The notes under the pieces are model-generated. The model saw nothing but the letters and a program-made list of their open reading frames with translations. It made no database searches and was not told the origin of the DNA. The position numbers were made by a program, and so were the translations under genes. 47,657 bases of DNA from a virus. Lineage: Duplodnaviria; Caudoviricetes. Shown here piece by piece: positions 9,848-19,975 of the stretch. The first letter of the stretch is position 1; each line of letters opens with the position of its first letter. The stretch spans positions 1 to 47,657 of IMG/VR virus record IMGVR_UViG_3300043416_000191; one strand, 5' to 3'.

Positions 9848-10366
9848 CTATGGTGGAAAGGTTTGGTCTATCGGTGCAATTTCAATAACCGCAGCAAGCA
9901 TTGACTGCTGTATCATTGAAAGTATTGGGTTGTATTGTAAGCTAGCTATCAATTTCCATCGTTGCTCATATTGAGCTTCCCCATCAATTAAAGGAATTTG
10001 CATTGGATCATCTGCATACAATGGCTGAATATTTGACGGAAAAATCTCAGTCGCATATTCATCCCTAAATAATGAAACAGCTTCCGCACACCAGTTCTGG
10101 GCATCTTCTCCGTAAAAATCTAATTGGAGTGAATACCTAAATGGCGTGAGTATAGTTTTACCTTGCCCTATGGCTTGATAGTTATCAATATTAAAAGATA
10201 TACGATCCATGCCAACATTGTTCATAGCAACAAAACCTTTTTTCGGCATTGCTACTCGATTATCTTGAGCTTGTATAACTTCTGTATTTGCAGGAAGAAA
10301 ACTCAATAGAAAGGTTCTCATACTGCTAAAAATATCTTGGTCAATAATATCAATAGTTACTACCAT
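9848..10366 (-). CDS. Tail completion/terminator protein
   Basis: QLDFYG, PLYADDP.Q and QYEQRW motifs; directly upstream of the sheath. Confidence 0.65.
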   Translation of the reverse strand: MVVTIDIIDQDIFSSMRTFLLSFLPANTEVIQAQDNRVAMPKKGFVAMNNVGMDRISFNIDNYQAIGQGKTILTPFRYSLQLDFYGEDAQNWCAEAVSLFRDEYATEIFPSNIQPLYADDPMQIPLIDGEAQYEQRWKLIASLQYNPILSMIQQSMLAAVIEIAPIDQTFPP

Positions 10367-10750
10367 TTAATCTACCTGCAAAGAAACTATTACTTTGCAC
10401 CAGTCAGGCCAAGTTTCAACAACTTTAGTAATTAGCCAGTTCTTATTTGAACTATTGGGGATTTCTGGGAAGACTAAAATATCTCCACCAATATTATCCG
10501 CTCTAACTACTCCAGCCGCATTTCCATACAAGTATACAGTACGCATCACATTGGTGATGTTTAAACCGTCAGTATGTTCTAAATCGCTTGTGCTTAATGC
10601 TTGTATCTGCGCTTCTACTGATAAGGTTATAGAAGTTGGCGTTCTTCTTCCAGTATTGTCTGTAGTATATCCAGTTGACTGCACCCAATTAATACATACA
10701 TTTGGATTAGTTATCTGGGTATATTTATTAACCATGCCTCGTAGATTCAT
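10367..10750 (-). CDS. Head closure/neck protein
   Basis: AQIQALS..DL, GGD.LVF and WL...V.ETWPDWCKV motifs. Confidence 0.6.
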   Translation of the reverse strand: MNLRGMVNKYTQITNPNVCINWVQSTGYTTDNTGRRTPTSITLSVEAQIQALSTSDLEHTDGLNITNVMRTVYLYGNAAGVVRADNIGGDILVFPEIPNSSNKNWLITKVVETWPDWCKVIVSLQVD

Positions 10751-11325
10751 CTTTTAACCTTAAATGGCGCTCCAGCCTTATTAACAGCGTGATTAATAGA
10801 TTTAATCATATAACCTGTATCATTCAATGGTTTATTATTAGAGCCGGGGTCTACACCACGAGAAATAGCACTTCTAGCTTGATCTACTACAGAAGCATCA
10901 ATTTGCCTTCCAGCTTTACGCCATTTTCTAAGCAATACAGTAACAGGACTTAAAGCTGGAGAATAAATAGAAGCAACCATTGTTTTCATGTCTGCTGCTG
11001 CTTTCGTACCAACTGCATCTAATACATCAAATACAGTAGCCTTTCCCCTAATAGCCTTTTTAACTCCTCCAGCTATTATTTTACTCCAAGCTGATCTTTC
11101 TTTTTTAGCCGTAGGTATTATAAAAGGTCTAGCTGGTATTCCTGCCCCTGGTGCGCCAAACTCTTGTATAGCCGCAACAGTTGCTACAGTTACTCCACTT
11201 TCATATGTTTCCCCAATAGGAATACCCACTTGCGCCACCATGCCATCAAACTCTTTTGGTATTGCTTCTAGCTTGTATTGTATTCTAGCTAGAACTTTAT
11301 CAAAATTAGCTTTACTCACCACCAA
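10747..11325 (-). CDS. Neck/tail morphogenesis protein (HK97 gp10-like)
   Basis: A.IQEFGAP..GIPARPF and KPLNDTGYM motifs. Confidence 0.65.
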   Translation of the reverse strand: MVVSKANFDKVLARIQYKLEAIPKEFDGMVAQVGIPIGETYESGVTVATVAAIQEFGAPGAGIPARPFIIPTAKKERSAWSKIIAGGVKKAIRGKATVFDVLDAVGTKAAADMKTMVASIYSPALSPVTVLLRKWRKAGRQIDASVVDQARSAISRGVDPGSNNKPLNDTGYMIKSINHAVNKAGAPFKVKR

Positions 11326-11738
11326 CCTGCGCCAGTATTAATTCTAGGTACAAAAAGACCTAAATTTCCTACTATCCTTAATAACGCCCGTAATTGAGCG
11401 CCATAAGGTGTAGTGGCTAACCACCACCCATAAGCAGTCATTGTTGGTGGAGGTTGCATAGACACGGTTACAGTGCCTTCTGTACTACCCGTAACAACTA
11501 CTGTAGGAATACCAGCATTAATCAATGTAAATGAAGCCGCAAGATGAGCGCACATTAAATCAACAGCTAATTGTAATTGAGCTTCCCCCCAAAAATAGTT
11601 ATTATCAATATTAATGTACGCTGTTGCCATAGTCCACCACCCTTCTAGTTGTGCAGGTGGAAAAATAGTCGTGTTCTCAAAAGCTGGGAACTGATTCCTA
11701 AAATTCACATCATCATAAACTGGAATGGTAGAAGGCAT
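11316..11738 (-). CDS. Head-tail adaptor (DUF4054-like)
   Basis: FR.QFPAF, LMCAHL, S.TEGTVTVS and W...TPYGAQ motifs. Confidence 0.75.
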   Translation of the reverse strand: MPSTIPVYDDVNFRNQFPAFENTTIFPPAQLEGWWTMATAYINIDNNYFWGEAQLQLAVDLMCAHLAASFTLINAGIPTVVVTGSTEGTVTVSMQPPPTMTAYGWWLATTPYGAQLRALLRIVGNLGLFVPRINTGAGWW

Positions 11739-11740
11739 TA

Positions 11741-12106
11741 TTACATCACCGCATATTTAGGTGCTTCATCTTCTGAGGCATAATCAGCAGGGGTCATTGG
11801 TGCAGACTCATCCTTTAAATTCATATCAGAGGCTACTTTTTCAGTGTCTGATTTTTTATCTTTTACAACAATATACCCGTCTTTTTTATGCTCAAGAAAA
11901 CAAGGATTGTTATTCAATTCTTCTAAATCAAATTCAGTAACTTCTGTTGCAACACCTAATGGAGTAATCAAACGATTGTTTGCAACCCCTGTGCCGCCTT
12001 TAATAATAACAGAATGACCTTTTATTGGAACATCGCCACCGCCTTTTACCCAGTTGGTATAATTCTGGTCATTTGCAAGTGTTGAAAATACATAAACTTT
12101 AGCCAT
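11741..12106 (-). CDS. Conserved virion morphogenesis protein
   Basis: 121 aa with V.IKGGTGVAN.RLITP.GV.T; follows the capsid gene. Confidence 0.55.
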   Translation of the reverse strand: MAKVYVFSTLANDQNYTNWVKGGGDVPIKGHSVIIKGGTGVANNRLITPLGVATEVTEFDLEELNNNPCFLEHKKDGYIVVKDKKSDTEKVASDMNLKDESAPMTPADYASEDEAPKYAVM

Positions 12107-12129
12107 TTTAAATCCTTGGTAGGTTGATA

Positions 12130-12155
12130 GAAAGCGTGGATTTTTAAACCACGCT
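12130..12155 (-). terminator. Probable intrinsic terminator after the major capsid gene
   Basis: Minus strand AGCGTGG-N9-CCACGCT followed by a short TTCT tract. Confidence 0.5.
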
Positions 12156-12172
12156 AACTATCTTACACTAAA

Positions 12173-13276
12173 TTAGATACCTTGGTATCTTACTACAGCG
12201 TATGGACGTTTCAGCATCACACCAGCTGTTGCTGAAGTATAATCTTCAACGTAAGCTTTTGCTTGTCTTTCAACGCCTAATGCTTGGAACTTAGCAGGAA
12301 CAACTTGTACCCAAGTACGGCTGTCATCACTAGCGCCATCATCAACATGTTCTGCATACAAATACATAACATTTAATCCGCCATTTGCAAGATTCAACTG
12401 AGGAGCTGAAACTACACGCATTTTAGGATATGTTTTGCTAATCCAATCACGAACTGAAATACCAAAATCAGAAGTTACTGACAAGTATTGGTAAGAAGCC
12501 GTTGGCAATGCTAAAGTCAACTCAACATCTTCTGGATTGATGGTGTCTTGTGATTGAGTTTGTAGTTGAGCAGCGGCAACCCTGATGTCAGCTACAATCT
12601 GTAGGAATGTTTTATTTGACCATAAGGTCGAACTACCAGTTCCAGACGCAGCAACAGTAACATAAGCTGGTAAACTAGGATCGTTTAAAAAGCCGTAAGT
12701 TAAGTTGTTGCCACCGTTAAAACCAAAGAAACCAATAAGGTTGCGTTGAATTTCTAAAGCCAAAGCAGCAGATGAGCGTTTTTCAGCAGCGGTAGACACT
12801 CTGATACGAGCGGCTCTTGCTTCTTCTAACATACCTACTTTAATACCTTTTTCAAAACGAACTATAGTTCTGCGGATAAAGTTGGTGTTCCAAGATGCCA
12901 AAGGCACATTTGAGTAATCGCCATAAGGCACAGCGTTACCAATTGGCTCTAACAAGCCTTGAACAATTTCTTCATCTTCCCAAGAACCAGAAGTAGTAAT
13001 ACCAACCAACTCATCAATTTTACGAGCCGCTGTGATTACTTTAACAAAGCCTGGTAGCCAATTCTGTAAGAACTGAACAGGAGTTGTCATCGAAGCAGCA
13101 GCTACATCAGCTTGCTGGTCATCCATTGCAAAAGCTGCCATTTGACTAATTGCTTTAGCTGGAAAGTTAATGCCTAAGTCTTGTAGTGCTGCGTAGTCCG
13201 CAACATCGCTTGCAGACATTTGAACAGACGCAACTTGGCGAGCTGATAAATGGCTACGTTCTAATGATTTACTCAT
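12173..13276 (-). CDS. Major capsid protein (DUF2184-like)
   Basis: 367 aa with PVQFLQNWLPG, YGDY, YGFLNDP.LP and TAGVMLKRPYAV motifs. Confidence 0.9.
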   Translation of the reverse strand: MSKSLERSHLSARQVASVQMSASDVADYAALQDLGINFPAKAISQMAAFAMDDQQADVAAASMTTPVQFLQNWLPGFVKVITAARKIDELVGITTSGSWEDEEIVQGLLEPIGNAVPYGDYSNVPLASWNTNFIRRTIVRFEKGIKVGMLEEARAARIRVSTAAEKRSSAALALEIQRNLIGFFGFNGGNNLTYGFLNDPSLPAYVTVAASGTGSSTLWSNKTFLQIVADIRVAAAQLQTQSQDTINPEDVELTLALPTASYQYLSVTSDFGISVRDWISKTYPKMRVVSAPQLNLANGGLNVMYLYAEHVDDGASDDSRTWVQVVPAKFQALGVERQAKAYVEDYTSATAGVMLKRPYAVVRYQGI

Positions 13277-13293
13277 AATGAATATCCTTAATA

Positions 13294-13806
13294 TTAATTA
13301 GTAATGCGAATAGCAATTAAACCAGTTGCGGCTGTTGGATAGTTCCAAACTACGCAATTAGGAATAAATGTATTTCCAGCAGTTACAGTACCACCAGGTG
13401 TGACCGCAGAAAGTACGCCAGTAGTATTGTTGTATTGAATCAAATCGCCAATTTTGGCAGCTCCAACGCAGTTTACTACAATAGTACCCATAGTTAGGAA
13501 CTCACCCTGACTATAACCAGCCAAGAACATAGTAGGATCAAGTGGATTGCCACCCGATACACCATACGAGGCATATACTTTAGGATTGACCAAAATACCA
13601 GCAAATACACTTGTACCGGCAACAATAGTGCCACCTTGCGTAGCTACGTTAGTAGCGTTTGATTTAGTAAACGCTAGTCCGATAGTGCCACCTGTTGATG
13701 CTAATGTAAGAACATCAACACGTTGTGGGCCGTCTACGATTAATTCACCTGGGATACCAAAACCCAGACTGATATTAACCCCTGATTGAAAATTTGCAGC
13801 AGTCAT
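13294..13806 (-). CDS. Head decoration/cement protein
   Basis: FQ..V....GFGIPGE, FAGILVNPK and EFLTMG motifs; lies between protease and capsid. Confidence 0.7.
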   Translation of the reverse strand: MTAANFQSGVNISLGFGIPGELIVDGPQRVDVLTLASTGGTIGLAFTKSNATNVATQGGTIVAGTSVFAGILVNPKVYASYGVSGGNPLDPTMFLAGYSQGEFLTMGTIVVNCVGAAKIGDLIQYNNTTGVLSAVTPGGTVTAGNTFIPNCVVWNYPTAATGLIAIRITN

Positions 13807-13807
13807 A

Positions 13808-15409
13808 TTATTTACCTTTTAAATAGCGTTGAACAAAATTGCCTTTTTTAGCTGATGCCATATCCATAGCAGCAGTTTTGGAAGCGCCTTTACCAAGCAA
13901 ATAAGCTTCAAGGAATTGTACTCTTGATTCCTTTTCTACTTCTAAGCCAAGTTTTTTACAGCCATATTTAGCCAATTGATCCACATCCATATCGGAATGG
14001 TCAAATGCGCCAACCTGAGCAGACAATTTTTCATAAAGTTTAGATTTTTTAGCGATATTTTTTTGAATAAGTTTAGCTATTACAGCCTCATCCATACCCA
14101 TTTTATCGTCAGTTTTCTTTTCTTCTTCAGTATCTTCATCCTTAACCATATTTACATCATCTTCTTTTTCTTCATCGTCATCATAGACGGTATCATCTTT
14201 TTCTTCTTCGTCACAATGTGAATCTAATTCTTCAGATTGCTTGCCTGTTAATTCTTGAATTTTAGCTAATTTAGGCATGACTTCTTCAAGGAACTTATGC
14301 ACCTCTTCAAGCGTCATACTTGATTTTTCAGCTTCTTCATTATCTTTAGTCATTTGTTGAAACTCCTTTGAATCTATTGTAAAAGTTAAGTGATCTAAAA
14401 CTGCTACATCAGGCCCCATTCTGCCGTTTTCGACTAGAGCTAAATGATTGCCACGGATTTCTCGTTGCACATACTGATAAGGTTCTCCGTTATAATTCCC
14501 AGGAGCATATGCATATCTGCAACGATAACCACATGACAATTCTTTTTTTCCATTTGCAATGAGATTAGCCATAGCCTCTGAAAATACTTTGATATTCCCT
14601 TTCAATGTTGTTCCGTCAAAATATACATCTTGACCGATAACTCCCTGTACACCTTTTTGTTCAGAAGGTGTAAGACCAGCATCTTCACTGCCCAACATTA
14701 CATGGTCATCAATCCAAGGTATCAACTTGAATGAATCTATGCACTCTTGAGAAGATAACTCTGATTCTGGTCTATATACACCATAAAGATGATCTTGTAT
14801 ACATTCTGATGATATTGAACGCCCCATATAAGGATAAACCCCTACTGTAGACAAAGGATTGTCTTTTATTTCAAACCATCCGTTAGTATCATAATCCCTT
14901 TTGTCCATTGCGCTTGATTGTGCCGCTTCTGCTATTTCTTCCATTTCATCTTCTATCTTTTTAAATAAAGGTTCTGGAGCATCTTCTATAGTTGCCCATA
15001 AAAAAGCATCATGTTCATCATTTAAAGTAGGCTCAAAATAACCATCGTTGCAATTAAAAAGGCAAACATTTCCATCTTCAAATATTAAATTAATTCCAGT
15101 TTTAGGAATGTAGATTATCTCTTCCTTAGACTCTCGTATTGCCCCTTCTATTGGCGACTCACCTTCTTCTACATGCCCGCCTGGGAAACCCCATGTATTA
15201 TCTTTAGTTCTCCGTAACCAAAGTATCTTTTCATTATCTGTGTAGACAATAAAAGCCACACTATCAGAATCTTCTTGTTCATCCGTTGCGCTTTTACGAG
15301 CATTGGAATAAGCAGCCGCCATTGCTTGTTTTGGGTCATGACCAGCTGTAATCATTTCAGCAATGTTATATTGTATAACTTCTTTACTTGATCCTGATTT
15401 TAATGGCAT
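13808..15409 (-). CDS. Prohead protease/scaffold (DUF2213) fused to an N-terminal Nudix hydrolase
   Basis: Nudix box [26 protein letters not shown]; DUF2213 motifs [14 protein letters not shown] and [12 protein letters not shown]; acidic scaffold-like C-terminus. Confidence 0.85.
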   Translation of the reverse strand: MPLKSGSSKEVIQYNIAEMITAGHDPKQAMAAAYSNARKSATDEQEDSDSVAFIVYTDNEKILWLRRTKDNTWGFPGGHVEEGESPIEGAIRESKEEIIYIPKTGINLIFEDGNVCLFNCNDGYFEPTLNDEHDAFLWATIEDAPEPLFKKIEDEMEEIAEAAQSSAMDKRDYDTNGWFEIKDNPLSTVGVYPYMGRSISSECIQDHLYGVYRPESELSSQECIDSFKLIPWIDDHVMLGSEDAGLTPSEQKGVQGVIGQDVYFDGTTLKGNIKVFSEAMANLIANGKKELSCGYRCRYAYAPGNYNGEPYQYVQREIRGNHLALVENGRMGPDVAVLDHLTFTIDSKEFQQMTKDNEEAEKSSMTLEEVHKFLEEVMPKLAKIQELTGKQSEELDSHCDEEEKDDTVYDDDEEKEDDVNMVKDEDTEEEKKTDDKMGMDEAVIAKLIQKNIAKKSKLYEKLSAQVGAFDHSDMDVDQLAKYGCKKLGLEVEKESRVQFLEAYLLGKGASKTAAMDMASAKKGNFVQRYLKGK

Positions 15410-15771
15410 TAAATTACCCTCCCAGTTTGAACGGGTATATCAGTCACATTTAACAAAACTGTTGCTTCTCTAATATTTCCTTCTGATGTTACAAATAAAG
15501 CTCGAATTGTATATAACTGATTAACTTGTGGCGTAGGAATTACACCACTTGATATTTGAGCAGAGATAACTTTAGCAGTTGCCGCTGTGACACCATCAGG
15601 AAAAGTAATTGGCCCAGTGCTTATAGCCTGCCCTGCAAATATTAGACCTGCTTGATCGGAGTCTATTGAAGTAATAGATGTTATTATTTCAGACACATTT
15701 AAAATATGTGTGCAATCTATATTATAAATTATAGATTCTGATGTTCTTTTTTCTAAAACATAACTATTCAT
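15409..15771 (-). CDS. Putative fibre-attachment/adaptor virion protein
   Basis: 120 aa, beta-rich, with K..SE...Y.ID and G..Y.I....VTS.G..RE motifs. Confidence 0.4.
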   Translation of the reverse strand: MNSYVLEKRTSESIIYNIDCTHILNVSEIITSITSIDSDQAGLIFAGQAISTGPITFPDGVTAATAKVISAQISSGVIPTPQVNQLYTIRALFVTSEGNIREATVLLNVTDIPVQTGRVI

Positions 15772-15786
15772 AAATCCGCCAATAAT

Positions 15787-16365
15787 CTATCTTGTTGGAA
15801 CAATCCAATAATCTAACCGTGTCATTGTATGTTGGTAATCTGCTCTAGGAGATACATGCCAAACATTTCCTGATACTTTAAAAATTGGGGTAACATAATA
15901 AACATCTACAGCATTACCATTTTCTATAACTGCGAGAATAACATAAGTTGCTTCAGATTGTGAATCTATTGCATTTCCAACTTCATTAATCTGTACTGCT
16001 ATTTTTAATAATTTAGTTGCTATATCTTGAGCATTAGCTATTTCAGTTATAAATACATTTGCTATCATTGTCTCGGAAAGCAAATCTTGTGCATTTCCAA
16101 ATTCGCTTATGGCTATTGCACTGCTCATTGTTTCAGAAACTGTATCTGATGCTAATCCAGATTCTACAATTGCTATTAAAGCTGATATTACGGAAGATTG
16201 AGTATTTAACGCAGAACCAGCTTCAACTATAGCTAATGATGCAGTTATTGCTTCAGAAACTACATCTACCGAACTTACAGCTTCAGTAATTGTAACTGTG
16301 TAAATAGTTGTTGTTGCTGGTATATCTGCAAACGGTACTTCAGCAAAGGCAGAAAACCCAAACAT
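15787..16365 (-). CDS. Repetitive putative virion fibre-associated protein
   Basis: MFGFSAFAE.PFA start and ~21-aa repeats (I.E.G.A.D..SE). Confidence 0.5.
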   Translation of the reverse strand: MFGFSAFAEVPFADIPATTTIYTVTITEAVSSVDVVSEAITASLAIVEAGSALNTQSSVISALIAIVESGLASDTVSETMSSAIAISEFGNAQDLLSETMIANVFITEIANAQDIATKLLKIAVQINEVGNAIDSQSEATYVILAVIENGNAVDVYYVTPIFKVSGNVWHVSPRADYQHTMTRLDYWIVPTR

Positions 16366-16369
16366 CAGG

Positions 16370-16660
16370 CTATACTGCTTGTGAGCCGAGCATATCTTCT
16401 TGTGCCATTACCCATTGATAGCACTTGGCTAGAAAAATGGTTGCTTCTTGGGCTTCAATTTCTTCAATCGGTGCAAAATAATTCCTATGATCCACATTTT
16501 TTGTTTCGTCATTTGGTACAGTTGCATAACCAATAGCATCAATACGTACAACAAATATTTTGCTACGCTGTCTTGATACGGTTGCACTTACTATCTGGAA
16601 ATATGCTCCAGTAAAAGGAATACCGAAGTTTGAAGCTTCTAAATCTAGTTGAATTGCCAT
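16370..16660 (-). CDS. Putative fibre assembly chaperone
   Basis: 96 aa directly after the fibre gene; ends in CYQWVMAQ.D..G..AV. Confidence 0.45.
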   Translation of the reverse strand: MAIQLDLEASNFGIPFTGAYFQIVSATVSRQRSKIFVVRIDAIGYATVPNDETKNVDHRNYFAPIEEIEAQEATIFLAKCYQWVMAQEDMLGSQAV

Positions 16661-16669
16661 TATTATTCC

Positions 16670-18385
16670 TTATGCGTAGTTAGCCAGTTCTGTCATTTGT
16701 AATTGACATAAAACTCTAATGTTTGTTGATGCTGCTCCCGTAAATGTCACATTAATTGCACCGTATGTAGTATCAGCAGACACTGCTATTGTCCACGCTG
16801 GTACATTGGATATAACAGTTACAGTTGACGTTACCATTGTTGTTGATGCAACTGTTCCTTCTTGTCTAATTAAACCCTCAATTACCCATGCTGCGGAAGC
16901 CGTACCATCCAAAGCTTTTTGTCTAGCAACTACTGTGCCTTTGAAATATACAGCACTATTTGGGTATATAGTAGGTAATCGGACAGCAGTAAGTCCCACT
17001 TCCGTTGATAGTTGGATTGGTGTTGCATCAGTGGTAATGGCTCTAATTGGCACCAGTCCTAACTGCCCTTCAGCGGTGGATGTACCGGTGAAACGCAATC
17101 CACTTAGGGCGGTTTTGTTATTAGTCGCTGCAAAAACTTGCGCTCCAAAGGCAAAACTGTTCTGAGCTGTAGACTTGCCTTGTCCGATCATAACTGACGC
17201 TGCCCCAGTAGCTTGTGCGTTTTCGCTACTAGAGCCACTACTTATTGCAACGGAGTAACTTCCTGTTGCTGTACCACGATACCCCATCGCTATGCTGTTT
17301 ACCCCTTGAGCACCATAAGCTGAAGTGTTATTAGAAATTGCAGCAGCAAAAGAGTCAGCACCAGAAGCATATGAAGCACCTAAAGCTACTGCACCAGTTC
17401 CCGGAGATGCGGTAGTTGCACCAGTTGTAAAAGCATTTCCACCCAATGCAACACTATAGTTAGCAGAAGCAGTAGTAAATGCCCCAATCGCTATAGTATA
17501 ATCTGCCGATGCAACACTCCCGTAGTTCCACGCAAAAGACCCAACGCCTGAAGCAGTAGCATTACGACCAAGTGCTAGAGCATTACTACCACTAGCTATT
17601 GGTCGCACATCTGAACTTGGTATGTTATCTGCATACCCTCGCATAGTTTTCTTTGCACCAGTTTCCCAGTTTGTACCATTACAAACGATTTGAGTACCTT
17701 CTCCCCTTCTTAATCGTAATGTGGCTAAACCATCAATAGTCTCTGTTAAATTAGGGTCTATAGTAATAATATCAGTAGAACTAGCCGAAGAATTCCAAAT
17801 CCAAACATTGAACCCAGTACCAAGCGTTGCAGCAGCAGTTAAAGTTGCTGTAAATGTACCTGAAGTCCAGTTTAGAATCGTGCCGTTATCACCAGCAATT
17901 ACTGTATAAGCAGCAGTTTTGTTGCTAATCGTTAAGGTTGAACTACCGCCACCAGCAGGAGTCGCCCACGTTGCATCACCTCGCCAAAATGTAGTTGCTG
18001 ATGCAGCTGTACCTGAATTAAGATTAGCGACAGGAATGTTGCCTAAGCCTTGAGCATTACCAGAAGCATCTCTGATAACAACTTTTCCGGCAGGGTAAGT
18101 AGATATAACCGTAGCCCCTGCTGCGACTGTAATCTTGGTTGTGCCTGAAACACCAGCAATTATTGAAGATGAAACAGTATCACGGCTTAACGTAGTACCA
18201 GCGGCTGTGTAAGTACCTAGTCCAACTTCAGAGTCATTGCCGCTCTTGATCTTGTAATAAGTAGTGTTAGCGTCACCAATAGCCGCAAAGGTTTGAAAGC
18301 CCGTAACAGCACCCGTAAGCGTCAGAGTTCCAACACCCGTTGTGCTAGTTGTTTCTTGAACTAAGTCAGCGAATACGAGTGCCAT
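16670..18385 (-). CDS. Fibre/adhesin protein with YadA-like head repeats
   Basis: MALV.ADLVQETT.TTG.GT.TL.GA start, TFWRGD.TWA knee, and ~14-aa repeats (ASGSNALALG, ASANYSVALG). Confidence 0.75.
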   Translation of the reverse strand: MALVFADLVQETTSTTGVGTLTLTGAVTGFQTFAAIGDANTTYYKIKSGNDSEVGLGTYTAAGTTLSRDTVSSSIIAGVSGTTKITVAAGATVISTYPAGKVVIRDASGNAQGLGNIPVANLNSGTAASATTFWRGDATWATPAGGGSSTLTISNKTAAYTVIAGDNGTILNWTSGTFTATLTAAATLGTGFNVWIWNSSASSTDIITIDPNLTETIDGLATLRLRRGEGTQIVCNGTNWETGAKKTMRGYADNIPSSDVRPIASGSNALALGRNATASGVGSFAWNYGSVASADYTIAIGAFTTASANYSVALGGNAFTTGATTASPGTGAVALGASYASGADSFAAAISNNTSAYGAQGVNSIAMGYRGTATGSYSVAISSGSSSENAQATGAASVMIGQGKSTAQNSFAFGAQVFAATNNKTALSGLRFTGTSTAEGQLGLVPIRAITTDATPIQLSTEVGLTAVRLPTIYPNSAVYFKGTVVARQKALDGTASAAWVIEGLIRQEGTVASTTMVTSTVTVISNVPAWTIAVSADTTYGAINVTFTGAASTNIRVLCQLQMTELANYA

Positions 18386-18404
18386 AACTAATCCTTATTT
18401 ATAA

Positions 18405-18599
18405 CTAAATTACTGGAGTTGCTATCAATTCATTTTGCTGAAAATACCGTTGTTGGTCATAGCCATCATTATTGGTAGTATATCCAACAAGAACTGTAAC
18501 CGCTCCAGTAATGGGATCAAAGCCAAAACCAAGGACAGTTCCAGAAATAGGCGATGGTAGAACTTGAGTTACTGCTTCACCTTGAACAAAATTTGTCAT
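18405..18599 (-). CDS. Hypothetical protein (small, SH3-like)
   Basis: 64-aa ORF within the operon. Confidence 0.5.
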   Translation of the reverse strand: MTNFVQGEAVTQVLPSPISGTVLGFGFDPITGAVTVLVGYTTNNDGYDQQRYFQQNELIATPVI

Positions 18600-18608
18600 A
18601 ATTAATTC

Positions 18609-19190
18609 CTATAGACTTAATGAGTACGATACTTGTACTACGTTACCAGAAGCAACAGGTTGCGCTCCACCAGTAAATGTTCCAGCAGATAACAATACTC
18701 CAGCTGTGGACATTAAAGTTACAGCTGCGCCAGTGCCATAAGCGATGAAAGCGCCTTGAAGAGTGCCAGCGCCCGTCATAGTAAATGATGTTGCAGCGGA
18801 CAAAGCAATTGCACCAGCAGTGGCAGTGCCAAAAGCAGGTGCTATTCTAGCTGCAAATGTTGGAGCATTGGTAGAGCCAGCTTCTGTCCAACCTGCGTGT
18901 GATGCCATTGTGTCAGCAGCTGCTACAGATGTAAAAGATACAGAGGAAATCATCCCCATGTATGGCCCAATTACTGTATATGCAGAACCAGTTAAGGCAG
19001 TTTGCAACATTAAGTTTTTACCTAATGTACATACTACGTTGTTGATCTTTTCTTCCCAAAGAAGCTTACCACCTTCATGTTCAAAACATTTAAAAGTATA
19101 AACACCTTCAGCATGAGCTTGTTCACCAAGTCCAGCAGATGACGCTATGCTCATAGTTGTGCCATCAACGGCATTTAATTTATCAATCAT
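18609..19190 (-). CDS. Putative virion structural protein
   Basis: 193 aa, Ala/Gly/Thr-rich, with N.V...GKN and AAADTMASHAGWTE motifs. Confidence 0.55.
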   Translation of the reverse strand: MIDKLNAVDGTTMSIASSAGLGEQAHAEGVYTFKCFEHEGGKLLWEEKINNVVCTLGKNLMLQTALTGSAYTVIGPYMGMISSVSFTSVAAADTMASHAGWTEAGSTNAPTFAARIAPAFGTATAGAIALSAATSFTMTGAGTLQGAFIAYGTGAAVTLMSTAGVLLSAGTFTGGAQPVASGNVVQVSYSLSL

Positions 19191-19192
19191 TT

Positions 19193-19975
19193 TTATTCCT
19201 CGTCAAAATTAATTATAGGCTTCAATATACAGCGGCAATTTGGAAGATCCGCTGGTAAACCGTATATCTTCTCGCCATACATCATTCCTATGTACGGTGG
19301 ATTATTTAAATCATACTCTTTACCGCTCATTTCTACATGTAATGGGCGTTGTGTCATTCCACCGCCAGAATGTATCCAAATAAACTTTTTAACGCCATAT
19401 GCCTTTAGGCGAGTTGTATTAACAGATTGATAGGCTTTACGAGATTGATCTAAAGCTGTATTTCTTGCTCGTTTAATATTCCCCTTATACTTTACTTTTA
19501 GAAAAGGTACAAGGTCATTCATTCCTTTGCCTGTAGTAATACTACGCATAACCGCCCCTTGCACTTCTGCAAGAGCCTGTTGTGGTATTAGCTTAATCAA
19601 ATTAGCCGCTTCTTCTGTGCTTGCTTTAATAACATCCTTTAAAACTTCATTACTATAAGTCATATCTATAGTAATTTCCTTGGCAATATCTTTTAAAGAC
19701 ATCCCTAGCGTTACACTACTGTTTTTAACGGTGCGGTTAATCATCTTGTCGGTGGACTCTTTTGCCACCTTATTGAATCTTTTTTGCCATTTTTTCAGCA
19801 AATAATTCAAAATAATGCGTGATTGACTGCTAATTGACGAATCTACACCATAACCATAAAAAGTTTTGGTTAATTCTTTCAATATGTCACGATACATCAA
19901 TTCAATAAGCCGTTCTGTAGGTTTGGCGTAATCTCTACCAATACCTACATTAGGCCGTAGGGATTTTCCTATCAT
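19193..19975 (-). CDS. Minor head protein (MuF/SPP1 gp7-like)
   Basis: RAR..A.DQ..K, F.W.HSGG...RP.H and P..LPNCRC motifs. Confidence 0.88.
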   Translation of the reverse strand: MIGKSLRPNVGIGRDYAKPTERLIELMYRDILKELTKTFYGYGVDSSISSQSRIILNYLLKKWQKRFNKVAKESTDKMINRTVKNSSVTLGMSLKDIAKEITIDMTYSNEVLKDVIKASTEEAANLIKLIPQQALAEVQGAVMRSITTGKGMNDLVPFLKVKYKGNIKRARNTALDQSRKAYQSVNTTRLKAYGVKKFIWIHSGGGMTQRPLHVEMSGKEYDLNNPPYIGMMYGEKIYGLPADLPNCRCILKPIINFDEE

